A stretch of 64,000 nt of DNA from positions 6,069 through 70,068 of the forward strand of contig CALFHN010000085.1 of the NCBI GenBank assembly GCA_937876355.1. The letters run 5' to 3'. Below the pieces are notes generated by a model. The model made no database searches. It saw only the letters and a list, made by a program, of their open reading frames with translations, and was not told the DNA's origin. The stretch is from an uncultured Bacteroidota bacterium (lineage in GTDB: Bacteria; Bacteroidota; Rhodothermia; Rhodothermales; UBA10348). The translations under genes and the position numbers were made by a program. Below, piece by piece: positions 28,344 through 38,819 of this stretch; positions within the stretch are counted from its first letter, which is position 1; the number at the start of each line of letters is the position of its first letter.

Positions 28344-30341
28344 ATGGCGGCAAAAGAGCTCTCTGTTCTCTTAGAAGAAGTCCTAGAAAAACCGGAAGAA
28401 ACCCGCGTCGCTTTCATACATTCGGTCTGCGAGGACGACATCATTCTTAGAAATGAGCTGACTGGTCTCGTAGCGTCGTATAAAGAGGCATCGGGATACT
28501 TTGATCTTCTCGCTGAACGCTTAGGAATGCCCGGAACCGATCAAAAAACAACAACTTCCTCCTTCATGAGCAACGACCCATCAGCATTAGTTGGCCAAAT
28601 GGTGGCTCAATATCGCATCCTCCAATATTTGGGCGGCGGCGGTATGGGAATGGTGTACAAGGCCGAAGACACGCGTTTAGGCCGGCAAGCTGCCCTGAAG
28701 TTTTTGCCGTTGTCCATGGGGCACGATCTAGAAGCCAGGGAGCGGTTTCTGCGGGAAGCTCGCGCGGCCTCGATGCTGGATCACCCGAACATTTGTACGG
28801 TTTTTGAAATAGGCGAAGATGGCGGGCGTTCCTTCATTGCCATGGCTTATTACGAAGGCAAAACCATTGAGCAACTGGTCTCTAGGGGCCCACTCGATAT
28901 CGAACAGAGTGTGCAATGGGTCCTTGAGATATGCCGGGGCCTCGCTTCGGCACACGCGAAGGGCATTGTTCATCGCGACATTAAACCCGCCAACATTATT
29001 ATTCCGGAAGACGGTGTTACAAAAATTCTCGATTTCGGATTGGCCAAGTCCGCCAACTCGGGAGGAATGACGCGAGAAGGAATGGTTCTAGGAACCGCGG
29101 CATATATGAGCCCTGAACAGGCCGCCGGGCGCCAAGTTGATCATCGCAGCGACATCTGGTCAACAGGAGCCGTTTTGTATGAAATGTTAGCCGGATCGCG
29201 CCCTTTTCCCGGTGAATACCCTCAAGCCATACTCTACGGAATAACCAATTTAGATCCAGAACCTCTTTCTGCACTCCGCCCCGGACTTCCAATGCAACTC
29301 GTTCAAGTCATCGAAAAAGCGTTGGCGAAGGATGCCTCAACTCGTTTCTCCACGATGGAAGAAATGATCGTTTCGCTGTCTGCGGTCCAGCAGCGGGCCA
29401 CCGCCAAATCGGCCGCGCGCCACTTGGTTGCCGACCCGTCGCGCGAGCAATCTGCCCAAACGACCACTCCTTTGCCGATCGAGGCCGAGGACAACGTATT
29501 GCACGTACTCTGCGTAGATGACGAACCAGAGCTGGAACTGCTTATGCAGCAACGGTTTAGGAAACAAATCCGGGCGGGTGAATGGAAGTTTGTGTTCGCT
29601 CTTGATGGTCAAGAAGCCCTTTTAAAGCTTGAACAACACCCTGAAATCGGCGTCATCCTGACCGATTTGAATATGCCTCGAATGGATGGTTTGACGCTTC
29701 TGGGAAAACTGGCTGAGCTTGATCGCCCAACCCGGACCGTAGTTGTTTCGGCCTATGGAGACATGGAAAAAATTCGAACGGCCATGAACCGAGGCGCGTT
29801 CGACTTTGTCACCAAACCGGTTGATTTCAAAGACCTCGAAACAACAACGTTGAAGGCCGCCAACGACTTGGCAGAATATCGCCGGGCTCTAAGAGGGCAG
29901 CAACAAGCGGTTTCTATTCAACAGGAAATGGATGTTGCGAGGCGCATTCAGGATGCCATCATCCCAGTTTCCTTTCCATCCCGACCGAACATAGAAATGT
30001 ATGGGTTTAGCGCCCCGGCGGCACTTCTCATGGCAATGGGGCAGACGTTTGTGAAAAGCTTTATGCAGCAAGGAGTTACTCCTTCGAAGTGCCTTAGCCA
30101 ACTCAACACCATGCTGTTTGCCGAAGGCCTCCCGCATGTTGGCCTTCGAATGTTGGCTGCGATCCTCGATCCAGAGACCGGCGAAATCATCCTAGCCAAT
30201 GCCGGACACGAAGCCCCGTACATATTAACATCGGCACGTGATTCGGGCCGTCCAAGATTTCGCGGGAGATCGAGAACCGCGAGAAGACCTCACTATTATG
30301 GCGTTAAGAAAGGTCTGATTGCTCTGGGAAGCGTAGATTAG
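28344..30341 (+). CDS. Ser/Thr kinase fused to a receiver domain and a degraded PP2C/SpoIIE phosphatase remnant
   Basis: 665 aa. Kinase motifs: GGGGMGMVY, ALKF, HRDIKPANI, DFGLA. The receiver reads VLCVDDEPE...LTDLNMPRMDG...FVTKP. A SpoIIE-like start follows (VARRIQDAIIP...). The GGDFYD/DVSGKG block is missing and the C-terminus is out of frame (see findings). Confidence 0.75.
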   Translation: MAAKELSVLLEEVLEKPEETRVAFIHSVCEDDIILRNELTGLVASYKEASGYFDLLAERLGMPGTDQKTTTSSFMSNDPSALVGQMVAQYRILQYLGGGGMGMVYKAEDTRLGRQAALKFLPLSMGHDLEARERFLREARAASMLDHPNICTVFEIGEDGGRSFIAMAYYEGKTIEQLVSRGPLDIEQSVQWVLEICRGLASAHAKGIVHRDIKPANIIIPEDGVTKILDFGLAKSANSGGMTREGMVLGTAAYMSPEQAAGRQVDHRSDIWSTGAVLYEMLAGSRPFPGEYPQAILYGITNLDPEPLSALRPGLPMQLVQVIEKALAKDASTRFSTMEEMIVSLSAVQQRATAKSAARHLVADPSREQSAQTTTPLPIEAEDNVLHVLCVDDEPELELLMQQRFRKQIRAGEWKFVFALDGQEALLKLEQHPEIGVILTDLNMPRMDGLTLLGKLAELDRPTRTVVVSAYGDMEKIRTAMNRGAFDFVTKPVDFKDLETTTLKAANDLAEYRRALRGQQQAVSIQQEMDVARRIQDAIIPVSFPSRPNIEMYGFSAPAALLMAMGQTFVKSFMQQGVTPSKCLSQLNTMLFAEGLPHVGLRMLAAILDPETGEIILANAGHEAPYILTSARDSGRPRFRGRSRTARRPHYYGVKKGLIALGSVD

Positions 30342-30367
30342 GGCATCATTATTCAGTCGAGACGCCC

Positions 30368-33300
30368 GTGAAACTTTCCCTGCATTCTAAACCAATCGCC
30401 TCCTCAGCGGTGCACGCTTTTTTGACCCTATTCGTGGTCGCCGCTGGGCTCATTGCGCCGCCCAGTTTTGGTCAGGCTGCCAAAATTTCGGAAGAAGTAC
30501 GCTCCCTTGAGACGTATCCCTTTAGTGAACCGAACGCCGTCCCAATCCTAACTAAAGACACCCGATTGTATCCCTATTTCAGTTTCGAGGGGTATAGTTT
30601 GACTTCGGAGCCCCAGGACTGGAACGTCGTCAAGCTGGAAAACGAGTATATCGAAGTATATGTCCTTCCTGAAGCGGGCGGAAAAGTGTGGGGAGCTATC
30701 GAAAAAGCTACGGGACACGAATTCATCTACCGAAATGAGGTAATGAAATTCCGCAACATCGCGTTGAGGGGGCCTTGGACATCGGGGGGGATTGAGTTCA
30801 ATTTTGGAGTAATTGGGCACACCCCTTCTACCGCAACGCCGGTCGATTACAAACTGGTCACCAATAAGGATGGTAGTGTAAGCTGTTTTGTTGGGGCCAT
30901 GGACCTGCCTTCGAGAACCTCCTGGCGCGTTGAGATTCGCCTTGAGCCGGGTGCTTCCAATTTTGAAACCAATGTCTTTTGGAATAACCCGACATCGCTC
31001 GTTCAGCCCTACTACAACTGGATGACGTCGGCCGCTTTCGCCCGGAATGACCTCACCATGAGCATCCCCGGAAACAAGTTTCTAACCCATCCAGGCGAAG
31101 AAAAAGCTTGGCCGATCGATCCTGAAGGCCGCTTCTTACCCGCTTATGCTAACAACACATTCGAAGGACATAAATCCTACCACGTCGTCGGAGAGTACAA
31201 CGACTACTTCGGTGGATATTATGCAGATGATAACTACGGCTTTGCCCATTGGGCCCGTTTTGAAGACATGCCCGGGCAAAAGTTATGGCTATGGGCCCTT
31301 TCGAGAGAAGGTAGCGTTTGGGATGGCCTTTTGACGGACACAGATGGACAATACGTCGAGTATCAAGCGGGACGAATGCTCGTTCAGTATTCCCCAGGAT
31401 TGCACGATAACCCCATATCCAAAACCGGTTTTCCACCTCTTGCTACCGATACGTGGAAGGAACGTTGGTTTCCAGTAATGGGAACTGGCGGAATTTCAGA
31501 TGTTTCGAAAGATGGAGTGCTTTTTGTCGAGCGTTCAGGGGAAACCGTGAGAGTGGCGCTTAATACCTTCACTTCTTTCTCCGGGCCGGTTGAAATTCGC
31601 GAAAACGGATCCTTGAAGACCCTGGCAACCGCCAACGTTGAGCCATTAGAACTTTGGGAGACAACGTTCAAGGCCGGGTCTGCCTCAGTGGTCGAGGTTA
31701 AAGTGCCCGGTTTGGATTTGATCTATTCGGAAGATTCGGGACGCCTCACACTGGAGAGAGAGTTTGAACTAGAACCCGAAGCCCGGCACTTGCAGTCGGA
31801 AGCCGAACAAAACGTTTTTAAGGGCCGTCAGTTAGCCAACGCCGCATATTATCCGGCGGCAAGACTGATTTTTGATGACGTCCTAACCAAAGAGCCGTGG
31901 AATCGAGATGCACTCGTCGAAATGGCCAGCCTCGACCTCCGGCAAGGACTTTTAATGGAAGGCCTTGCGCGGGCTCGAAAAGTTTTGCGGCTCGACGCAC
32001 ACGATGCGGATGCAAACTTCATAGCTGGGTCGCTTTATCAAGCCGCCGGCTCATGGAATGATGCCCGAGATGCGTACAGTTGGGCTGCTCGGTCCATGAC
32101 GTATCGTTCGGCCGCAAACGCCCGTATCTCAGAGATTGCCCTTATCGAAAAACGCTACGATGAAGCCATTGAGTTCGCGCATCGGGCATTGGACTACGAT
32201 AAAAACAACCTCAGCGCTTTGGAAGTGGTTGCGATATCAAAACGCAGTCAAGGGACAGACAACAGCATGACCGTTGGGCACCTGAAGACGGTAGATCCGC
32301 TTAATCACTTTGCAAGGGCGGAGATCCTGTTAAACGGTGGTGCTGCCGAAGACTTCCGCGCTGGGCTTCGGAGTGAGTTTCCAGATCAAACCGTTCTAGA
32401 ATTGGCCATCCGATACGCCGTTCTTGGACGAAAGGTGGATGCTATTCGGATTTTGGAAAGTGTCGTAGCTACTGGCAAAAATCCCATGATTCACGTCTGG
32501 CTGGCCTTTTTAACCCAAAATGAGGCACTTCTGGACTACGCACTTGACCTTGATGTTGCGTTTGCGAACCCATATCGGGTTGAATCGGTCAATGTCCTCA
32601 ATTGGGCTCGGGCTATAAGTCCATCGTGGAAGTGGAGCTACCTTGAAGGCCTCAATTTATGGGCCCTAAATCGAGGGCCTGCGGCGCTTTCGTTGTGGAA
32701 TCAACTTAAAAACGAACCGGATATGGCCGCTTTTTATGTGGCTCGGGCATTTTTGTCGCAAGAAATAAACGGATCAAATCCTGAACCTGACCTGCTTCGC
32801 GCGGCAGCATCAAAAGACGCCAATCGATTAACGGACATCTATTTGATTCGGCAACTTCAATTAGCCGGAAAATGGACTGAGGCAGAGACTCGCTCATCCG
32901 CTTCCATCATCCGACACCCGCACGATTTTAACCTTAAACTGTTGCACGCCAAGTCCTTACTGTTTTTGGGCCGCCCGTCGGAAGCCGTCGCGATTCTGGA
33001 TATCCTAAACGTACTGCCTTCAGAAAGCGGACGGGACTCTCATACCCTATTTGAAGCCGCGCACTTGCTCAATTCGATCAACAATTTCGAGCTTGGTAAG
33101 CTAACGGATGCAGAACATCACGCCCGTCAGGCCCTAGAATGGCCCGAACACCTCGGACAAGGCCGGCCTTATGAGCCTGATGAACGCGCGGCGGCTTATA
33201 TCTTATTCCGAATTGCCGAGGCCAACGCACAAAGTGAAACGGCCCGGATTAAAGCAGACGAATTTTTTAAAATGGATGCCCATTTCGGCGAGAACAGTTC

Positions 33301-33460
33301 ACCTTTCAGTGCATTGGGTAATGATATTTTGAAACGCTTGGGCCGGACTCAGGAAGCGGATTCACGCGCAACATCCCCAGAAAAAAGCACTCCAATGGCC
33401 ACAAAATCCCTCATTGACCTCCTGGTTGAAAAATCCATCAACATGACGACCCACAAGTAA
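30368..33460 (+). CDS. DUF5107-like domain protein with C-terminal TPR repeats
   Basis: 1030 aa with a GTG start and a signal-like N-terminus. GGKVWGAIEKATGHEFIYRNEVMKFRNIALRGPWTSGGIEFNFG resembles the DUF5107 core, as I recall it. The C-terminal half is helical-repeat (TPR-like). Confidence 0.55.
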   Translation: MKLSLHSKPIASSAVHAFLTLFVVAAGLIAPPSFGQAAKISEEVRSLETYPFSEPNAVPILTKDTRLYPYFSFEGYSLTSEPQDWNVVKLENEYIEVYVLPEAGGKVWGAIEKATGHEFIYRNEVMKFRNIALRGPWTSGGIEFNFGVIGHTPSTATPVDYKLVTNKDGSVSCFVGAMDLPSRTSWRVEIRLEPGASNFETNVFWNNPTSLVQPYYNWMTSAAFARNDLTMSIPGNKFLTHPGEEKAWPIDPEGRFLPAYANNTFEGHKSYHVVGEYNDYFGGYYADDNYGFAHWARFEDMPGQKLWLWALSREGSVWDGLLTDTDGQYVEYQAGRMLVQYSPGLHDNPISKTGFPPLATDTWKERWFPVMGTGGISDVSKDGVLFVERSGETVRVALNTFTSFSGPVEIRENGSLKTLATANVEPLELWETTFKAGSASVVEVKVPGLDLIYSEDSGRLTLEREFELEPEARHLQSEAEQNVFKGRQLANAAYYPAARLIFDDVLTKEPWNRDALVEMASLDLRQGLLMEGLARARKVLRLDAHDADANFIAGSLYQAAGSWNDARDAYSWAARSMTYRSAANARISEIALIEKRYDEAIEFAHRALDYDKNNLSALEVVAISKRSQGTDNSMTVGHLKTVDPLNHFARAEILLNGGAAEDFRAGLRSEFPDQTVLELAIRYAVLGRKVDAIRILESVVATGKNPMIHVWLAFLTQNEALLDYALDLDVAFANPYRVESVNVLNWARAISPSWKWSYLEGLNLWALNRGPAALSLWNQLKNEPDMAAFYVARAFLSQEINGSNPEPDLLRAAASKDANRLTDIYLIRQLQLAGKWTEAETRSSASIIRHPHDFNLKLLHAKSLLFLGRPSEAVAILDILNVLPSESGRDSHTLFEAAHLLNSINNFELGKLTDAEHHARQALEWPEHLGQGRPYEPDERAAAYILFRIAEANAQSETARIKADEFFKMDAHFGENSSPFSALGNDILKRLGRTQEADSRATSPEKSTPMATKSLIDLLVEKSINMTTHK

Positions 33461-36400
33461 TGAAAAAACGTTATTTAATCCTTTTGCTCGCAGTAATTTT
33501 TGTCGGTTGTTCTGAGCCAGTGGTGGTCGATTCAGCTTGGGTCCCCCCCGCTCCATCCAACGTAATCGGCGCAGTGAAATACGTTTCTGGTAATTGGACG
33601 CCGCATTTAGCCGCTGGAGAGAAAGGCCTATCGTGGGGTAACCACCGAGCGGTAGTCCATATTGACGCTTCGTCTTCAATCGAAACCGCCGTCAAAGTGA
33701 CCATTCCTTGGCGGCGTTTGGATGCCAAACCCGCTGAAAAAGCCATCGTTGTCGTTGATTCTGCCTCTGGGTTGGCATTACCAAACGCCGCCGCACTAGA
33801 GGTTTCGTCAGAAGAAGGAATCGTCGCCTTTCAGCCTGTCTCTGTGTCGTTGACCTACTATGTGTATTACTTGCCGTGGGAATCAACCGGGGGCTACTAC
33901 CCAAAAGTTACCTATCCCCAAGTCGTTTTAACTCCAGATCCCAAATGGTTGACGTTCCTGAATGACAACCTTCCCTCTGGCGAGACCGTCCGAATCGAAT
34001 CGGTCAACGATTTTCATTCGTTTTTCCCCATGGAAGTCCCGGCCACAAAAGCCGAAACCGCGAAGTTTTTAATGGACCGGAGCACCGATTGGCTTGTGAT
34101 CCCCGAATATGGCCGGATGCCGATTAGCACTAAAAACCAGATTCCGTATCACTGGACGCTTCGCCCAATTGGCTCATTTACCACCCAGGCCTATCAAGAT
34201 GAATCTCACTCGTTTCAACTGGGGGTTTTTGCCGCGGGTGATCCCCTCGAAAACGTAGAAATTTCGTTTCACGACTTCGACGAACGGCTATCGCCAGCCA
34301 TGACGTGTTATACGTGCGGAGGAATCAGCTTTGAGGGAGAATCCTTCCACAAACTCGTCGACGTACCCATCGGAGAATTGCAGCCGTTCTGGATTGGCGT
34401 TCAAATTCCCGCCAATATGCCAGGAGGCGACTATCCAGGCACGGTCCGGGTCATGACGGAAAACGCTGGATTTCGGGATGTTAATGTGGTCATAACCGTA
34501 ATCGATCAAAAGATCAAAAATCACGGTTATGACGATCCCGCCTCCCAGTCCCGCCTAGCATGGCTAAACTCGACAACGGGCAGAGATCTGGATTTCATTA
34601 TCGCCCCATATCTGCCTGTTACCAATAAGGAACGCACCCTATCCATTTTGGGCAGGGACATTGTTTTGGGTGAAAACGGCCTTCCAACTCAAATAAACAG
34701 CTTTTTTACCGAAGAAATGACCGGGGTGTCTACCACGGCCTCGCCTATACTTTCAGCGCCCATCGATCTGAAAGTTCAAACCTCTCAGGGAGTAGAATCT
34801 TTTGAAGCAGGAGGACCCACCATCAACACGGATTGGCGCGGCAGAGCTACCTGGACGGCAACCAATGCGTCTCCCAAATTCACCCAAATCGTAGATGGCG
34901 CGTTGGAATACGACGGAATGCTGGATTACAAAATTACGCTCACGGCTCGAGAAGACATCCAGGTTTCTGACATCAGCTTGCCGGTCGAGTTTCAAGAGGA
35001 CTCGGCCACCTACATGCTTGGCCTAGGCGAAGAAGGCAGGAAACGTCCTGCCACCATCGATTGGAAGTGGAAAATCGAAAATCATCAGGAAGGAGTTTGG
35101 CTTGGAGCGGTAAATAAGGGTCTCCAATTTGTGCTTCGCGACGATAATTACATTCGCCCGCTGAATACCAATTTTTACCAGAATCAGCCCCTGAATATGC
35201 CTCCGTCTTGGTTCAATGGCGGCAAAGGGGGCATTCGAATCACGGAACAAGACGGGGCGGTGGTTGCCAATAATTATTCCGGATCGCGGACCCTGAAGGC
35301 TGGTGAAAGCCTCCACTTCAACATCCGATTCCTGATCACTCCGTTCAAGCCACTTGACACAAAGACTCATTTTAACACCCGTTTCGTCCACAAATATGTG
35401 CCTGTGGACTCGGTGGTTGCCTGGGGTGGCACAGTGGTTAATATTCACCACGCCAACGAAATCAATCCGTACATCAACTACCCGTTCTATAACCTCGATA
35501 AACAGACCGCCTACATCGAAGAGGCCCACAAAAAGGGTATCAAAGTCAAACTGTATGACACGATTCGGGAGCTGACCTATAAAGCCTACGAATTCATTCC
35601 GATGCGTAGCCTCGGAGACGAAATCTTCAATGGCGGCAATGGTGGTGGCCATTCTTGGTTCCAAGAACATCTTCGCGAGGATTATCATTCGGCCTGGCAC
35701 GCCTACAATGTGGACGATGCGGCCATTTTGAATAAAGGGACGTCTCGCTGGACCAACTATTACATCGAAGGGCTTTCGTGGCTTGCAGCCAATCAAAAGA
35801 TTGATGGATTATATCTGGACGATATCGCTTTCAGCCGCGAAACCGTCAAACGCATGATTTCGGTGTTGTATGCTGAGCGGGAAGAAGTGGTGATAGACCT
35901 CCATTCGGCAAATCAATTTAATCCCGCGGACGGATATACAAATAGCGCGATGCTGTACATGGAGCACTTTCCATTCATCTCGCGGCTTTGGTTTGGGGAG
36001 TATTTTAAATACGATCTAGATGAGGACTACTGGATGACCGAAGTCTCGGGTCTTCCATTTGGATTGATGGGTGAGATGCTTCAGAACGGCGGCCATCCTT
36101 ACCGAGGTATGTTATATGGAATGACCACGCGCATGTATGGTGATGTCGATCCCCGTCCTGTCTGGAAAATGATGAATGATTTTGGGATTGACGATAGCCG
36201 AATGCTCGGGTATTGGCTCTCCACCCCGCCTGTGGATACCGGAACCCTTCGCATCAAAGCGACGGCGTTCGTTCGCGAAGACGGTGTACTGATTGCGCTG
36301 GCATCGTGGTCGGATCAGGACGAAACGGTGACGCTCGACCTGGGCGGCTTGGGACTTTCGGCCGGGGCGAAGATCTCCATTCCTTCGGTGAAGGGATTAC

Positions 36401-36477
36401 AGGAGGCGGGTGCGGCATCTGCAGATGGTACGATCGTGGTACCAGCCAACAAGGGGTTGTTTATTCGGGTGAAATAG
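33460..36477 (+). CDS. large secreted lipoprotein, possible glycoside-hydrolase-like TIM-barrel protein (GH123/DUF4091-like)
   Basis: 1005 aa with lipobox LLLAVIFVGCS. The start overlaps the upstream stop (TAATG). The C-terminal third (…IDGLYLDDIAFSRETVKRM…) is reminiscent of GH123/DUF4091 proteins. The assignment is tentative. Confidence 0.4.
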   Translation: MKKRYLILLLAVIFVGCSEPVVVDSAWVPPAPSNVIGAVKYVSGNWTPHLAAGEKGLSWGNHRAVVHIDASSSIETAVKVTIPWRRLDAKPAEKAIVVVDSASGLALPNAAALEVSSEEGIVAFQPVSVSLTYYVYYLPWESTGGYYPKVTYPQVVLTPDPKWLTFLNDNLPSGETVRIESVNDFHSFFPMEVPATKAETAKFLMDRSTDWLVIPEYGRMPISTKNQIPYHWTLRPIGSFTTQAYQDESHSFQLGVFAAGDPLENVEISFHDFDERLSPAMTCYTCGGISFEGESFHKLVDVPIGELQPFWIGVQIPANMPGGDYPGTVRVMTENAGFRDVNVVITVIDQKIKNHGYDDPASQSRLAWLNSTTGRDLDFIIAPYLPVTNKERTLSILGRDIVLGENGLPTQINSFFTEEMTGVSTTASPILSAPIDLKVQTSQGVESFEAGGPTINTDWRGRATWTATNASPKFTQIVDGALEYDGMLDYKITLTAREDIQVSDISLPVEFQEDSATYMLGLGEEGRKRPATIDWKWKIENHQEGVWLGAVNKGLQFVLRDDNYIRPLNTNFYQNQPLNMPPSWFNGGKGGIRITEQDGAVVANNYSGSRTLKAGESLHFNIRFLITPFKPLDTKTHFNTRFVHKYVPVDSVVAWGGTVVNIHHANEINPYINYPFYNLDKQTAYIEEAHKKGIKVKLYDTIRELTYKAYEFIPMRSLGDEIFNGGNGGGHSWFQEHLREDYHSAWHAYNVDDAAILNKGTSRWTNYYIEGLSWLAANQKIDGLYLDDIAFSRETVKRMISVLYAEREEVVIDLHSANQFNPADGYTNSAMLYMEHFPFISRLWFGEYFKYDLDEDYWMTEVSGLPFGLMGEMLQNGGHPYRGMLYGMTTRMYGDVDPRPVWKMMNDFGIDDSRMLGYWLSTPPVDTGTLRIKATAFVREDGVLIALASWSDQDETVTLDLGGLGLSAGAKISIPSVKGLQEAGAASADGTIVVPANKGLFIRVK

Positions 36478-36641
36478 AGCAAATTCCGGTTCCGGGTAGG
36501 TCCTCGGTCGGTCCACGGAAGGCCTACGGTCGGTCTTCGGTCTAATTTTCCAACTTGATTGTTGTTTCGTTGTAGTCTAAATAGATCTGCATTCTATTCG
36601 GGTTTTGTTACCTTAGTAATTCTCCCCAACACCCTGCTTTT

Positions 36642-36986
36642 ATGACTGGCCAAACCATATCCCATTACGAAATCCTATCCGAACTCGGCCGAGGCGGCAT
36701 GGGTGTGGTGTACCGGGCCAAAGACACCAAGCTGGACCGAATTGTAGCCCTCAAGTTTATCCCTAATTCCCTGGGGGACAATGAGTTATCGAGGCAACGG
36801 TTTATGATTGAGGCGCGTGCGGCAGCGAAGCTGACGCACGCGAACATCTGCGCTGTCTACGAAATCGATGAGCACGTGTTGGATGGAAAGACGGGCCAGA
36901 TGTTTATGGTCATGGAGTGCATCGAAGGCGTCACCCTCAAGGACCGACTTGAAGAAGGAAAGCTCCCCGTAGAAACAGCTGTTTCT
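36642..36986 (+). pseudogene. truncated Ser/Thr kinase (N-lobe only)
   Basis: ORF 36642..37145. GRGGMGVVY, VALKF and MECIEG are present, but the sequence loses kinase similarity after …LEEGKLPVETAV at about 36986. There is no HRD, DFG or APE motif. The rest of the ORF is antisense to the neighbouring gene fragment. Confidence 0.7.
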
Positions 36987-38594
36987 GGGTGGCTTGGAGG
37001 TCTGAGAGAGCCTTTTCGGTGCGGGCTTTTTCTTCTAGAAGTGCCGAGTAGTCTACTTCAGCCTACTTCAGATCGTTATAGCGCTGATAAGCCAATCCGA
37101 AAACCCTCGCAAATCGTTGGTACACAGCGAGTTCGGCATTGCTGAATTGGTGCTGAGCGAACGTGTACAACCATCCGTCCTGGAATGGGAAAGTGGCAAA
37201 ACTTTCTGTGGCGGCTTCTCCTCGCCGCGTCCGCTCTTTCCAGTCCGGTAGCGGCATCGTGTCAAACACGGCATGGTAGTACTCCTCCAGGTCATTTCCT
37301 TCCAGTACGTCGATATGCTGAAAAGTCTCCTGATTTTTCCATCGTTCAAAAGCTTTGCGGATAATCGGATGAACATCCACGGACTCATCGCCTACCACAA
37401 GAGTCGTTTGGCCCGACTCGTTTTTGGTCGCCGAGTGAAACTGATATCGATCCCCATCAACCGGAATGGATATGCCCGAACGCATAGATTCCACGCCCAG
37501 ATCTTCCAACTCGTCAAACATCCGGATGGACACCTCGCTGATATCCTCAGGCTTCTGCATTACCATAGCCTGCGACCGAACCCGTTCGAGGGACATCTCG
37601 ATGTGGGCTTCCCTGGTCCTTGCTTCAGCTTTCTGGATATCAAGGAACCGTCGATATGTGCCTTCGAACTCTTTGGCAAAACGGGCAAGGACTCCGATTT
37701 CGGACTCGTTGAATCCCTTAGGACTTCCCATACCCACATAGCCCGGACCCATCAGCGCTTCGGCATTGAAAATACCGTCAGGAGCATGTGGTCGGTAATC
37801 CTCCCTTGAATATCCCAGATCATCGAACATCATCTGGAACTGATCAGCCCAATCATCGAACTGGCCTTTTTCCCATCTCGCCTCTCGCATGGCATCGCGT
37901 TTCTTCCAGGCCCTTAGGAACTCCGACTGCACTTTGTCCGGGTCATGGAAATGCCGCGGATACGTCCAGAGGCCCGATCTGCCGGCAGCTTTGGGGACCG
38001 GATGTATGTCAGGTCGAACATCGGGACAAAGCGCTCTAGCAAAGCTTTGGCTTCAGGTTCAAGTTCGTCCGTCGTTGCCGCCTGCAAAAGACTGTTGCGA
38101 TAAACCGCATTATTCGAAACAATTGATGTCATGCTCATCATCATTTCGCGCATATCATCAGGCATATTCTTGTAATCCGTTTCAGAAAAAAGTAACGGGT
38201 CGCAGGTAGCTTTTCCCTCACCTTCCAACCGGTACGAGTAAAACGGGATCTGATTCTCAAATGCGTCTATGTAACGGTCATGGAAGGGATGATCGATCCG
38301 AGGCATCCGGAATGGCCGAACGGTTGCCTGGCCAAGCATTTGTGGCCATGACGTCATTTCCCGCGTTTCGGGGTCGTACGTGTAATAACTCACCCAAAAC
38401 AGCGACTCACTCAGCTGGTTCAGCTCGTTGTATGCCATACAAATTACTTCGCAGACATCATCAGACGTTCGCATGGCCATCGCCTTGCCACGAACGCGTT
38501 CGACGGACGTTTCGATCTCTAACTCCCGCTTTACAGCAGCCAGTTCTGCCGAAAGACGTGCGAGATCATAATTTGGTAAGATATTGTCCGTCAT
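36975..38594 (-). pseudogene. disrupted sensor protein: two GAF-like sensory modules plus the S-helix linker of a histidine kinase, with no kinase core
   Basis: ORFs 37914..38594 and 37063..37932 are in different frames with a 19-nt overlap. After the TAG at 37065-37063 the same frame continues AEVDYSALLEEKARTEKALSDLQATQKQLF. This is the coiled linker that normally precedes HisKA. It ends at the junction near 36975. Confidence 0.65.
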
Positions 38595-38819
38595 CGAATT
38601 CCAGATGGATATAGGTTCTTTTTCCCCTTCAGGTTACAATACGACTTTTTTCCAAAGACCGGATCATATTGTATCCACAAATGCACTCAACAGTCACGGA
38701 AATGCACAGGGCAGCACCTCTGAGAGCGGATGTCCTAGTCATATTTCGTCTAACCGGGTCGACATATAAAAGAGTCCGCGCGTAGATTAAACTACTTTTA
38801 GATCAAACTAATTACTGCC

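Noticed and set aside
35023-35796. 257-aa ORF on the minus strand.
   Set aside because: It lies entirely antisense within the 1005-aa GH-like gene. The composition is low-complexity and there are no recognisable motifs, so it is a shadow ORF.
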